64,000 bases of DNA from Candidatus Berkelbacteria bacterium. Lineage in GTDB: Bacteria; Patescibacteriota; UBA1384; 2-12-FULL-50-11. The position numbers were made by a program, and so were the translations under genes. The stretch's first letter is position 1. The number at the start of each line of letters is the position of its first letter. The notes beneath the pieces were generated by a model. The model searched no databases and was not told where the DNA came from. It was given only the letters and a program-made list of their open reading frames with translations. The stretch spans positions 81,415 through 145,414 of the forward strand of contig CP066697.1 of assembly GCA_016432625.1 (NCBI GenBank). Direction: 5' to 3'. Below, piece after piece: positions 55,433 to 64,000 of this stretch.

Positions 55433-56638
55433 TCAGCTACGTAGTGCTCGTGGCAGATCAATTCTACCGTCCGGCCGCTGGTGATTTTCGATTATAGCTA
55501 GCAGCAGCCGCTCTGTGGCTAAGGTGGCGTTCAACGTGTGAGCGTAAACCTCTTCACCGTCTTTGTCGCGAACCTTGATATTAAACGAGCGAGCCTGGTA
55601 GTCGCCGCAATTACTGGCAGAATGTGTCTCGCGATATCTTGCCTGACCAGGGAAGTACGACTCTAGATCGTATCTTTTAGTCGCTTTTGTCTCGAGATCC
55701 CCACTGCCAACTAAGACCATCTGGTAGGGCACATCAAACTGCGACACAAATTTTTCTTGTAAAGAGACTAATCGCTGATGCTCTTTCTCCGATTCTTCAG
55801 GACGGCAAATTGAAACCATCTCTACCTTATCGAACTGGTGCTGCCGAAACATCCCTTTAGTATCCTTGCCGTAGGATCCGGCTTCGCGCCTAAAACAAGT
55901 GGAGAATCCGGTGAATCGGAGGGGCAGTTTATCGACGGGATGGGTTTGCTCTGAACCGAGCGCTACTAAAAGTGGTTCACTCGTTCCAGTTAAGAAATGC
56001 TCCTCGACCTTGAAAGTGTCTTCACGGCCAACTGGGAAAAAGCCGGTCTTAAGTAATAGGTCGTCACGTACTAAGACCGGAGGTATAACGGGCGTAAAGC
56101 CGTTCCGTACGGCCCAGTTAAGGGCGAGATTCATAAGTTTCATATGAGCTAATGCGGCGTCGCGTTTGAGGAAACGGAATCGAGCGCCACTTGTTCGGGC
56201 GGCGGTAGCGCTATCTAGCCAGCCCAAGGCCTCCATTAATTCGTCGTGGGTCTTGCCGGTTTGAAGTCGTACTCGCCCGACGTTTCGGATGGCGATATTA
56301 GCCGACTCGCCTTCGCCAACAGGAACCTCGTCGGATAAAATTTGTGGGACTAGGGATAATGCATCCAGTCGGCGCTCGGCCACTTCCCGTTCCTTCGACT
56401 CGAGCTTCTGTAATTTTTCTTTGAGTTTCTTAAGCTTCGCCGAATTTTTCTGGGCTAATTCTTTGCTGGCGGTTAGCTGATTTCTTTCTTGACGTAACTG
56501 CTCGGCTTCTTGTAAAGCCGCCTTCCAACTTCGATCAAGCTCAAGAAAGGCGTCAACAAGTTCGGGATTACCGCCACGTTTAGTGATTGAGGCTTTGACT
56601 AGCTCTGGTTTTGTGCGAAGGATTTCGGGGTCTAACAT
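55433..56638 (-). CDS. serS: Serine--tRNA ligase
   Basis: MLD...R, TSE, CFRREAG, R.HQFDKVEM, E..SASNC.DYQAR, HTLN. Confidence 0.96.
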   Translation of the reverse strand: MLDPEILRTKPELVKASITKRGGNPELVDAFLELDRSWKAALQEAEQLRQERNQLTASKELAQKNSAKLKKLKEKLQKLESKEREVAERRLDALSLVPQILSDEVPVGEGESANIAIRNVGRVRLQTGKTHDELMEALGWLDSATAARTSGARFRFLKRDAALAHMKLMNLALNWAVRNGFTPVIPPVLVRDDLLLKTGFFPVGREDTFKVEEHFLTGTSEPLLVALGSEQTHPVDKLPLRFTGFSTCFRREAGSYGKDTKGMFRQHQFDKVEMVSICRPEESEKEHQRLVSLQEKFVSQFDVPYQMVLVGSGDLETKATKRYDLESYFPGQARYRETHSASNCGDYQARSFNIKVRDKDGEEVYAHTLNATLATERLLLAIIENHQRPDGRIDLPRALRS

Positions 56639-56683
56639 TGCCCCTGTAGTGTACCAGAAGCGCTAACCCACCAAAAGCAAGTT

Positions 56684-57148
56684 CTAAGCGATGGAAACTA
56701 TCTTATAAGCGACGTCACCGTCCGGTGTATTGACCTTAACGGTCTCCTTCTCTTTGCGGCCCATCAAAGCTTGGCCAACAGGTGAGTCGGTGGAAATTCG
56801 GCCACTCGCTGGGTCTGATTCGGCTGGTCCGACGATCTCAAACTTGTCGTTCTCACCCTCGACCTCAACAGTGACACTTGAGCCAATTTGAATAGTTTTG
56901 CCGTCACCTTTACCATCAGCCACCACTTTGGCGTGCTTGATGACGTCTTCAAGCTCTTGAATGCGTCCTTCGATGAAAGACTGCTCGTCCTTGGCGGAAG
57001 AGTACTCAGCGTTCTCTGACAAGTCGCCCAATTCCTTGGCTGACTTAATACGACCGATAACATCAGGACGACGAACGTCGACGAGTTCTTTGAGCTCGCT
57101 TTGGAGTTTATCTAGGCCCTCTTGAGTAATCAGTATCTCTCTTTTCAT
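56684..57148 (-). CDS. greA: Transcription elongation factor GreA
   Basis: GDLSENAEY..AK..Q..IEGRI, IS..SP.G.AL. Confidence 0.97.
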   Translation of the reverse strand: MKREILITQEGLDKLQSELKELVDVRRPDVIGRIKSAKELGDLSENAEYSSAKDEQSFIEGRIQELEDVIKHAKVVADGKGDGKTIQIGSSVTVEVEGENDKFEIVGPAESDPASGRISTDSPVGQALMGRKEKETVKVNTPDGDVAYKIVSIA

Positions 57149-57175
57149 AATTACCTTTCTTAAAAAAAATTAACT

Positions 57176-57206
57176 GGCGAGCTTTTCGTATGAAAATAAC
57201 TCGCCA
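57176..57206 (-). promoter_or_regulatory. Hairpin plus T tract in the greA leader (attenuator-like)
   Basis: tggcgag...ctcgcca stem, followed on the minus strand by TTAATTTTTTT before the RBS. Confidence 0.5.
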
Positions 57207-57371
57207 CCCCAAGAAGTGAAACTAGCCATTAACAGAAAGATCTTAGCAAAACATTTTTCAACATGTCAAGCCTCAAACCCTACGGTCTTACATTAGGCCG
57301 AGGTTAAGAGTTGTTATGAGAAGTGGTATCTCCTAGTGAAATCCTCCAAATGTCGAGTTACAATTGCCCCG

Positions 57372-58985
57372 ATGAGCGCAAAACAGGTTACGGCTCTACC
57401 CCCGTGGGAGAAACTACTACAACGCCTTCACGTGGGAGACGCGAGTATTCTTCCTGGCAGCCGTGAATATTCTTTGATAAAACTCATCACCGATACTCGA
57501 GTTGATCTCAGGGAAATGTTCGGAAAATTGGTGCTCGCTTTGTCGCGTCTCTTATCGGCAAACGCGGTTTTTATCGTGAGGAGCACCCCAACCTCCATTG
57601 CTCTGGTGGCCGGGACGCTCAATCGTGAGCGAGCGTTAAACCTCCTGGAGTCGGCGTTCATTCATCGACTAACTAGCGCTAGAGATAGCGTCGTGAAAAC
57701 CATTCCGGTCGGGGAGAAGAAGCTTCGCGCCAAGTATCGCTACGCCTATTGCCTCCCGCTTGGCGAGCGCCGCAACGGTTTTCAGATTGTTCTACTTAGC
57801 CAGGCGGAGCTAAGCAACGCCGAGAACAATACAATGCAACTTATTCAACGAGTCCTCGCTCTCAGAGTCAGAATAAGTGGTATGGCGGAGCAGCTAGCAA
57901 GAGAGGCGGAGAGCCTAAGCTTGCTTACGCACCATCTTAGCGAGGGTATGGCGGTCCTTGACGCGAACCTGAACGTCACGCTGTGGAACCGGCCAATGCA
58001 GCGGTTAACAGGCTACTCTCCTCGCGAGGCAACCGGTAAGCCTTATCAAGCGGTCTTCCGTCGGGATCAAGAGGCCGACTGGCTGAAAGACCTGATGAAT
58101 ATCTACCTCTCAACGCCTTTAAGGAATGTTTTCAATCGAGAGTTTGAGATAATTAGCCGCGACGGTAAACGATGTTGGGTCAATGTTTCAGGTTCGTTTA
58201 TGCGCCAAGCGGAAGATAGAATAGTTCAAACGATTCTGATAGTCAGAGACGTCACCCAGCTCAAGGCTCAAGAGGAGCGAAAAAATGAGTTTATCTCTAT
58301 CGCTACCCACGAACTACGGACGCCGATTACAGCTATTAAGGGCTATTTGAGCCTGCTCTCAAGAGACGAAACGGGCTTAACCGATTCGCAGAAGACCTAC
58401 TTGCGCCGCGCCGCCGAGGCTAATAATCGTTTAGCCGGCCTAGCCGAAGACTTATTGCGTACCGTTCAAATTGAAGAGGATCGTTTGAGCATTAATTTAC
58501 GGCCAGTGAATCTTAGAGAGATCTTGAACAGAGTGACGCGTGATCTCAAAACCAAAGCTGAAGGTAAGGGCATTGCCTTTAGCTATGTTCCCCCGGGTTT
58601 TGAGGCGTGGGTAACTGCCGACGAAGAAAAGCTGCACCAGGTATTCACGAACTTGATTGATAACGCTCTCAAGTACACAAACAAGGGGTCGGTCAGGGTC
58701 TACCTAGACAAATTTGAAACGAACGGCGAGCCGCGCATTATCGTCCATATTCAGGACACGGGAATTGGAATAAGTTCCAAAAACTACGATGTGATTTTCG
58801 AGAAGTTCCGTCGTACTCACAACACTGCCCAAATCCGAGAATCAGGAGCGGGTTTAGGACTTTTTATAGTTAAGTCATTTGTAGAAAAACAAGGTGGAAA
58901 AATAAGTGTGAATAGTAGAATGGGCAGAGGAACAACCTTCTCGGTGCAGTTCCCGGCGACGGAGAATCCTAAGCCACTAAATTAA
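57372..58985 (+). CDS. PAS-domain sensor histidine kinase (soluble)
   Basis: PAS (WN..M..LTGYS..EA.G), HELRTP, NLIDNALKY, DTGIG, G.GLGL; start uncertain (57336 or 57372). Confidence 0.93.
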   Translation: MSAKQVTALPPWEKLLQRLHVGDASILPGSREYSLIKLITDTRVDLREMFGKLVLALSRLLSANAVFIVRSTPTSIALVAGTLNRERALNLLESAFIHRLTSARDSVVKTIPVGEKKLRAKYRYAYCLPLGERRNGFQIVLLSQAELSNAENNTMQLIQRVLALRVRISGMAEQLAREAESLSLLTHHLSEGMAVLDANLNVTLWNRPMQRLTGYSPREATGKPYQAVFRRDQEADWLKDLMNIYLSTPLRNVFNREFEIISRDGKRCWVNVSGSFMRQAEDRIVQTILIVRDVTQLKAQEERKNEFISIATHELRTPITAIKGYLSLLSRDETGLTDSQKTYLRRAAEANNRLAGLAEDLLRTVQIEEDRLSINLRPVNLREILNRVTRDLKTKAEGKGIAFSYVPPGFEAWVTADEEKLHQVFTNLIDNALKYTNKGSVRVYLDKFETNGEPRIIVHIQDTGIGISSKNYDVIFEKFRRTHNTAQIRESGAGLGLFIVKSFVEKQGGKISVNSRMGRGTTFSVQFPATENPKPLN

Positions 58986-58995
58986 GGAGAAAAAT

Positions 58996-59379
58996 ATGAG
59001 CAAAAAAGTTTTACTGGTTGAGGATGAGCCGCTGTTAATCGATCTGTACGAGGAACGTTTTAAGGAGGAGGATTTTGATTTAGTTACTGCTGAAACCGGG
59101 GAGGACGCACTTAAGGTTGCCGAGAAAGGCAATATCGATTTAGTGCTTCTAGATATCCTTTTGCCTGGTATCAACGGTTTCGAGGTCCTGCGCCGTCTCA
59201 AAGCCAACATGGAAACAAGAGATGTGCCGGTAATCGTCCTTACCAACCTGGGCAGTGAACAGTCGGATAAGGACAAGCAGTTGGCTCTATCGCTTGGTGC
59301 GATTGACTACCTCGTGAAGTCTTATCACACCCCGGACGAAATGGTGGAGATAATTAAGAAGCGACTGGAACTATCGTAA
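58996..59379 (+). CDS. Single-domain response regulator
   Basis: LLVED, LLDILLPG.NG, VLTN, YLVK. Confidence 0.95.
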   Translation: MSKKVLLVEDEPLLIDLYEERFKEEDFDLVTAETGEDALKVAEKGNIDLVLLDILLPGINGFEVLRRLKANMETRDVPVIVLTNLGSEQSDKDKQLALSLGAIDYLVKSYHTPDEMVEIIKKRLELS

Positions 59380-59504
59380 TAGTCGCCTCTTACTGCTCGC
59401 ATTAAGCAAGCGCTCGCCATCAAAAATAGGCCGGAGCTCGGCTCGTAGCTGGCTCTTAACAGTCTAAGGCAGAACGGTCGTATCTATCTGAGTAGGAGGT
59501 GGAG

Positions 59505-60671
59505 TTAAAACCCGGCCTCTTCCCCGAAGACTTTTTTGAATAGGCTCCCAACATACAGTTCGACAGCGTCCTCAAAGTGTCTTGGGTCACGGTCAAGCTT
59601 CTCGTTAATTTTGTCGAGACGGTAGATGACGGTATTTCTGTGCACCTTTAGCTGCTCGGCGGTCTGGGTGAGGTTGAGGTTAGCAGCTAAGAATGCCTCC
59701 AAAGTATCGACAAGCTCGGGATCGTCTAGCTTGTCGAATAGGTGTTTGGCATAGTCGCGCTTTTGCTCGTCGGTACCGCTTAGCAGCAAGGGTAGAACCC
59801 CCAGGCCTTCGAAACGGTGAGCTTGGTCGGTGCCGGTGATCCGTTTGCCGATCTTAAGGATTTGGGTTGACTCCTGAACGGAGCGTAATAAACCATTCGC
59901 TGAGGTTGAGGGGGTACCGATACCGATCGTCACTTCCTTGATGTAGACGTTCCGGAGTGACGAGGTAATCTCTGCGAATTGTTTTTCCATCAACGCGCAG
60001 AACTTTGTGTAGTCGGTGTCGTAAAGGTCCTTCAACACCAGGAACGTATCGCCGCCAAGAAAGCCGATCAGATTATCTTTATTGCGACTGAAGAAACTGT
60101 TTAGATTGGTCTCGATATCTCTCTTCTTTGCCGCAATCAAATCACCTTTATCGCCGAGGGGCTGACCGGCGGTGTGCAGGTAATTGTCCCAGAACCCCTT
60201 CAGCTCGATGGCCAGAGCGACTCGTGGTAAATCAAGCCGATACCCGAGGGCAAGGAGTTGTTGCTCTAACTCTTCGGCGTCAATCGAGAGCGGTTTGTAG
60301 GCAACACGGGTTAAGAGTAAGTCCACAGCATCAGGTCGAGGACGGTGCGTAAGAATGAACTGATGGATGACGAGCTCAGCGAGGCTGTTAATTATTTGGA
60401 TCATCTGTAAGTCTTCACCAGAAATTTCAGTCACGACCATGGCGTAGAATTTACCGTCGACAAAAATTGGCACTGCCTGTAACTCCTCCTCACCCTCTAT
60501 CGGTAAGGAGTGGACGTCGGCCCGCAAGGTCTCTTTAAGGGAGAATCGTTTTCGACTGGCAAAATCGCTAGCCGTATCGTAGACCTGCCCGCGTTGGTCG
60601 GTAATGGCGATTGACTTGCCGATGACCTGCTTAATATTTTCGTAAAGTCTCTGTAATAGAAATGGTGACAT
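59505..60671 (-). CDS. CdaR/PucR family transcriptional regulator
   Basis: ITD.RG N-terminus; C-terminal TL..FL..N.N...TA..L.VHRNT..YRL.KI HTH. Confidence 0.9.
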   Translation of the reverse strand: MSPFLLQRLYENIKQVIGKSIAITDQRGQVYDTASDFASRKRFSLKETLRADVHSLPIEGEEELQAVPIFVDGKFYAMVVTEISGEDLQMIQIINSLAELVIHQFILTHRPRPDAVDLLLTRVAYKPLSIDAEELEQQLLALGYRLDLPRVALAIELKGFWDNYLHTAGQPLGDKGDLIAAKKRDIETNLNSFFSRNKDNLIGFLGGDTFLVLKDLYDTDYTKFCALMEKQFAEITSSLRNVYIKEVTIGIGTPSTSANGLLRSVQESTQILKIGKRITGTDQAHRFEGLGVLPLLLSGTDEQKRDYAKHLFDKLDDPELVDTLEAFLAANLNLTQTAEQLKVHRNTVIYRLDKINEKLDRDPRHFEDAVELYVGSLFKKVFGEEAGF

Positions 60672-60785
60672 TCCTACTCCTCTCTAGAGCTTTTTATATA
60701 TTTACACAATTCACTATGCCAAGTTAGGCGCTTAATACAATAGAAACACAGCAATAGAGCGATTCAATTGTAATTTGTGACAAAA

Positions 60786-62828
60786 TTACTGGTTCTCTTG
60801 AACTGGATTAGCAGGGACGATCGGAGTCAGAGGTAGGTTGAAATAGCGCTCGATGGTATTCTTGGCAACCGGCGCTGCCACGGCAAAGCCCTCGCCGCCG
60901 CCCTCGACGATTACAGAAACAACAATCTCGGGATTATTGTAGGGCGCAAATGCGGTAAACCAAGAGTGGGTTTTATCTTTAGATTTGGAGGTTTGCGCTG
61001 TACCAGTTTTAGCCGCTACCTCTATAGGGAGGCTACTAAAAGATCGTGCTGAGCCAGAGAGCACGGCTTGGCGCATTCCCTCACGCACAATCTGAAGCAC
61101 CTCCTCGTCCATTATCTGCTCTTTCAAAATCACTGGGTCGCGATCTTTGGTCTGGCTAGCGTTAGCGGCCAAGACGGTTTTAACTACCCTAGGTTGTAAT
61201 AATTTACCGCCATTGGCGATCGAAGCTGTGGCTCTGGCAAGCTGCAGGGGTGTCACCAGCAAGTTGCCCTGGCCGATAGATGTGTTGTAAGTATCGCCAA
61301 GGAACCAGCTCTCTTTCTTAACTCTCTTTTTCCAGTCGGGGCTTGGAACTAGACCCTTGGCTTCAGCACCTTCACCTAAATCAATCCCCGTGGCGGCACC
61401 GAAACCGAATTTCTCAAGGTAATTTTTTAACCGTTCAATGCCCAAGCCCGTTACCTGTTTATAGCCACCGCCCAGTGCGAAGAAAAAGATGTTGTTACTC
61501 TCAGCAATTGCTTGCTTAACGTTACTCCTGCCGTGGGTCTTCCAGTCAGAGAATGTCGTTTGGCCGACCACAATTTTACCTTCCGAAGTGTCTATCACGG
61601 TGCTCGCAGAAATAGTTCGTTCTTGCAAAGCGGCCGAGGCAACAAACGGCTTGATTGTTGAACCAGACGGGTACTGGCCTGCGATTGCGCGATTGATTAG
61701 TGGGGCGCCAGGGTCGGAAAGAATTTTTTTCCGCTCCTCACTATTAACTGAGGAAGAGAATAGATTGTTGTCAAAGGTCGGGAAACTAACCATTGCGATG
61801 ATATCACCGGAACGCACATCCATAGCAACTGCCGCACCGCTAGTAGCGCCATTCTTCTCAATAGATGCTCTCAAGGCTTCAGCAGTCACTCGTTGTATCT
61901 CTGCGTCTAGACCTAGGATCAATGACTTGCCTGGTACCGGCAAAGTGGATCCGATCGGTCGTACTGCTCGGCCAAGCGAATCGATCTCGAGCGTTTCGGT
62001 TCCCGGTAAACCTTGTAGCTCCGTATCGTAACTGCGCTCGACCCCCGATTTACCTATCAAACTAGTGCTTAGCAGCTCTTGACGGTCTTCTAAATCTTCA
62101 GCGGTAACTTTGCCGATGTAGCCGATTAAGTGCCCCAATCCAGGCAGGTCGCCGTAGCGCCGACTCGGGGTTTTGTTAAGAACAATGCCGTGCAGGCCAA
62201 AAAGCTTGACCTCAAGCGATAAGGCACGGTCGCGGTCGATGCCCTCTTCTAGCGCGACGGTTTCCTTATTCAAGTTAGGTAAAATCAGCGTCGATAGTTC
62301 CTCGACCGAGCGACCTAGAACCGAGCTAAGCTTAGCGAGGTATTCCTGTCGCTTGGTTTTGTCTTTGGGGAAGTCGGCCGGGTCCAATTCGATAGTAAAA
62401 CTTGGTTCGTTGCGTACGAGCGGCACGCCCTTACGATCGAAGATTAAACCCCGTGGGGCCGGTGTCGGTTTTGTCTCTAGGCGGTTACCTTCGGCTAACG
62501 AGTAGTTCTCCTCGCCTTGGGTAATCTGCAGCCCGATTAGGCGTACCCCCAACACTAGGGCGACGACGATAACGACGGCCTTGAATAACAGGAACCCTGG
62601 CAACTGTTCAACGTTTTCATCGAAGTCGCCGTTGGCGCTACCGTAGCCGCTCATAATACGCTCAAAGTCCTCGTCGACATTTGTCAGCTTGTAGTCGGCT
62701 TGGTACTCATTCTCCACCCGTTTAAGTGAGGTGATCGGTACGAACGGGTCGAATAACCCTTTGTCGCTGGGTCGCATTAAACTTCGTGGGTGCCAAACTA
62801 ACTTCCAAAGCCATTTGATGAATTTCAT
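60786..62828 (-). CDS. mrdA: Penicillin-binding protein 2
   Basis: APRG.I.DR, GKSGVE, PSGSTIK, ESNN, IGQG, KTGTA; follows mreCD. Confidence 0.95.
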   Translation of the reverse strand: MKFIKWLWKLVWHPRSLMRPSDKGLFDPFVPITSLKRVENEYQADYKLTNVDEDFERIMSGYGSANGDFDENVEQLPGFLLFKAVVIVVALVLGVRLIGLQITQGEENYSLAEGNRLETKPTPAPRGLIFDRKGVPLVRNEPSFTIELDPADFPKDKTKRQEYLAKLSSVLGRSVEELSTLILPNLNKETVALEEGIDRDRALSLEVKLFGLHGIVLNKTPSRRYGDLPGLGHLIGYIGKVTAEDLEDRQELLSTSLIGKSGVERSYDTELQGLPGTETLEIDSLGRAVRPIGSTLPVPGKSLILGLDAEIQRVTAEALRASIEKNGATSGAAVAMDVRSGDIIAMVSFPTFDNNLFSSSVNSEERKKILSDPGAPLINRAIAGQYPSGSTIKPFVASAALQERTISASTVIDTSEGKIVVGQTTFSDWKTHGRSNVKQAIAESNNIFFFALGGGYKQVTGLGIERLKNYLEKFGFGAATGIDLGEGAEAKGLVPSPDWKKRVKKESWFLGDTYNTSIGQGNLLVTPLQLARATASIANGGKLLQPRVVKTVLAANASQTKDRDPVILKEQIMDEEVLQIVREGMRQAVLSGSARSFSSLPIEVAAKTGTAQTSKSKDKTHSWFTAFAPYNNPEIVVSVIVEGGGEGFAVAAPVAKNTIERYFNLPLTPIVPANPVQENQ

Positions 62829-63304
62829 TAGAGTCTCCGGCCGGTCCAGCGTTGTAAGAAGCGGAACCGGAAGGCTAGCACATAGTATGTGACCACGCCG
62901 GCGATTACATTGGCAAGCACGCTGAATAGAATGCTCATAAGATCAAACGAACCAGCGAACGCACTTAGAATTACAGCCGCCAGTACTGAAACAGAGGCTA
63001 AGGTCGCTAGGGCAAGCATAATTGAGGACACCTCGAAGAAACGGCTTTTGAGTAGATCCGTCACGAAGCAACAGGCTATCAATGTGATAAGCCAGCTGCC
63101 GAAAGGCAGGAAGCCAATTAAATCGAAAGCGACGCCGAGTAGAGCAGCCCAGCGCAGCCCGGTTTTCTGATCAACGAACCAAGTGAAGGCCCACACGCCA
63201 AGCACCGCCAAACTTATGACGCCGCCGTTAGTTCCTTGTCTGCCGAGCGGTCCAAGCTCTAGGGATAAGACAATAAAGGCCAAAATTAGTTGCAACAACA
63301 CCAT
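62828..63304 (-). CDS. mreD: Rod shape-determining protein MreD
   Basis: Five-TM protein between mreC and mrdA; G..FD motif. Confidence 0.75.
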   Translation of the reverse strand: MVLLQLILAFIVLSLELGPLGRQGTNGGVISLAVLGVWAFTWFVDQKTGLRWAALLGVAFDLIGFLPFGSWLITLIACCFVTDLLKSRFFEVSSIMLALATLASVSVLAAVILSAFAGSFDLMSILFSVLANVIAGVVTYYVLAFRFRFLQRWTGRRL

Positions 63305-64000
63305 CTAGGATTCTACGACATAGACCGTTGTTAAATTACTTGGGTTAATTGGGGTAGAGATCCTTAGGGTTAGGAATATCTCTTCTTTGGCGGAGATTAT
63401 TTCTTCGACCTGGCCTAAAGCGATGCCGGCCGGGTAAAGACCTTCAAGCGCCGAAGTTACAACGGGCGTGCCTTTAGCGACTTTGGTGTCGAGCGGAATA
63501 TTCTCCACAACCAGACCCCGTATACTGCCCTTCAGTAACCCAACGGTCTGACTGTCGCTGAGTAGGACTGGGGTTAGTAAGTTGCGGTTACTGAGCAGCC
63601 AAACTTCGGCTGTCGAGTTGGAAACATTGTTGATTTTGCCAACTAAGTAGCCACTTGAGATCACAGCTTGGCCGGTTTTTATTCCGTCGTTACTCCCCTT
63701 ATTGATGGTGATCGATTGATACAGGTTCGTCGGTGAGTAGTTAACGACATTAGCAGCTTTTAGCTGTAGATCCTGGCGTTGCCGCTCAAATTGCAGATCT
63801 CTTTTAAGCTGTTCGTTTTCGCCTAACGCGAAAGACAGTTTAGCAATCTCGGCGGCCTGGCTGATGTTTTGTTCTTTAAGGCTGGTGTTCTCTTTGGCTA
63901 AATCTTGAACGGCAAAGAGCACGCCAAAAGCATTCTTGAAACGTGTGCCAACTGTGTGGAAAAAGTTAGTCGGCGCACCAAAGGCGGTGCGCAAAGTGTC
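63305..64000 (-). CDS. mreC: Rod shape-determining protein MreC (5' end outside window)
   Basis: EN..LK, INKGS.DGI..G.AV...LVGK, V.TS...YPAGI.LG.V. Confidence 0.92.
   Translation of the reverse strand, partial: DTLRTAFGAPTNFFHTVGTRFKNAFGVLFAVQDLAKENTSLKEQNISQAAEIAKLSFALGENEQLKRDLQFERQRQDLQLKAANVVNYSPTNLYQSITINKGSNDGIKTGQAVISSGYLVGKINNVSNSTAEVWLLSNRNLLTPVLLSDSQTVGLLKGSIRGLVVENIPLDTKVAKGTPVVTSALEGLYPAGIALGQVEEIISAKEEIFLTLRISTPINPSNLTTVYVVES

Overview
A streamlined bacterial chromosome segment using standard code 11. It is most consistent with a Patescibacteria/CPR genome (inference from gene content: double-domain ThyX, short S1, CCA-less tRNAs, tRNA-Ile(UAU), many apparently leaderless genes). 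It carries core genes (ddl, purH, ftsH, lepB, murJ, lepA, glpX, thyX, tmk, rny, truB, rpsA, ftsEX, secA, serS, greA, mreCD-mrdA) and 11 tRNAs. The most unusual signals are non-coding. (1) An array of ten co-oriented accessory genes starts 3 nt after tRNA-Asn and runs off the left edge, with five copies of a fixed-spacing motif CTCGAY-N5-CAGGTT at gene junctions; this is a candidate tRNA-anchored gene-cassette system. (2) A complete tRNA-Ile(UAU) is nested inside the anticodon loop of a second, degenerate tRNA. (3) Short duplications of conserved targets recur (3' ends of tRNA-Phe, -Gly and -Met, the lepA start, the ftsH promoter, the rny leader), separated by hairpin-rich 30-200 bp inserts; many share a tandem G.A hairpin fold, suggesting a tiny target-duplicating mobile element. 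No integrase, transposase, cas gene or rRNA was recognised. All calls were made by eye and no searches were run.
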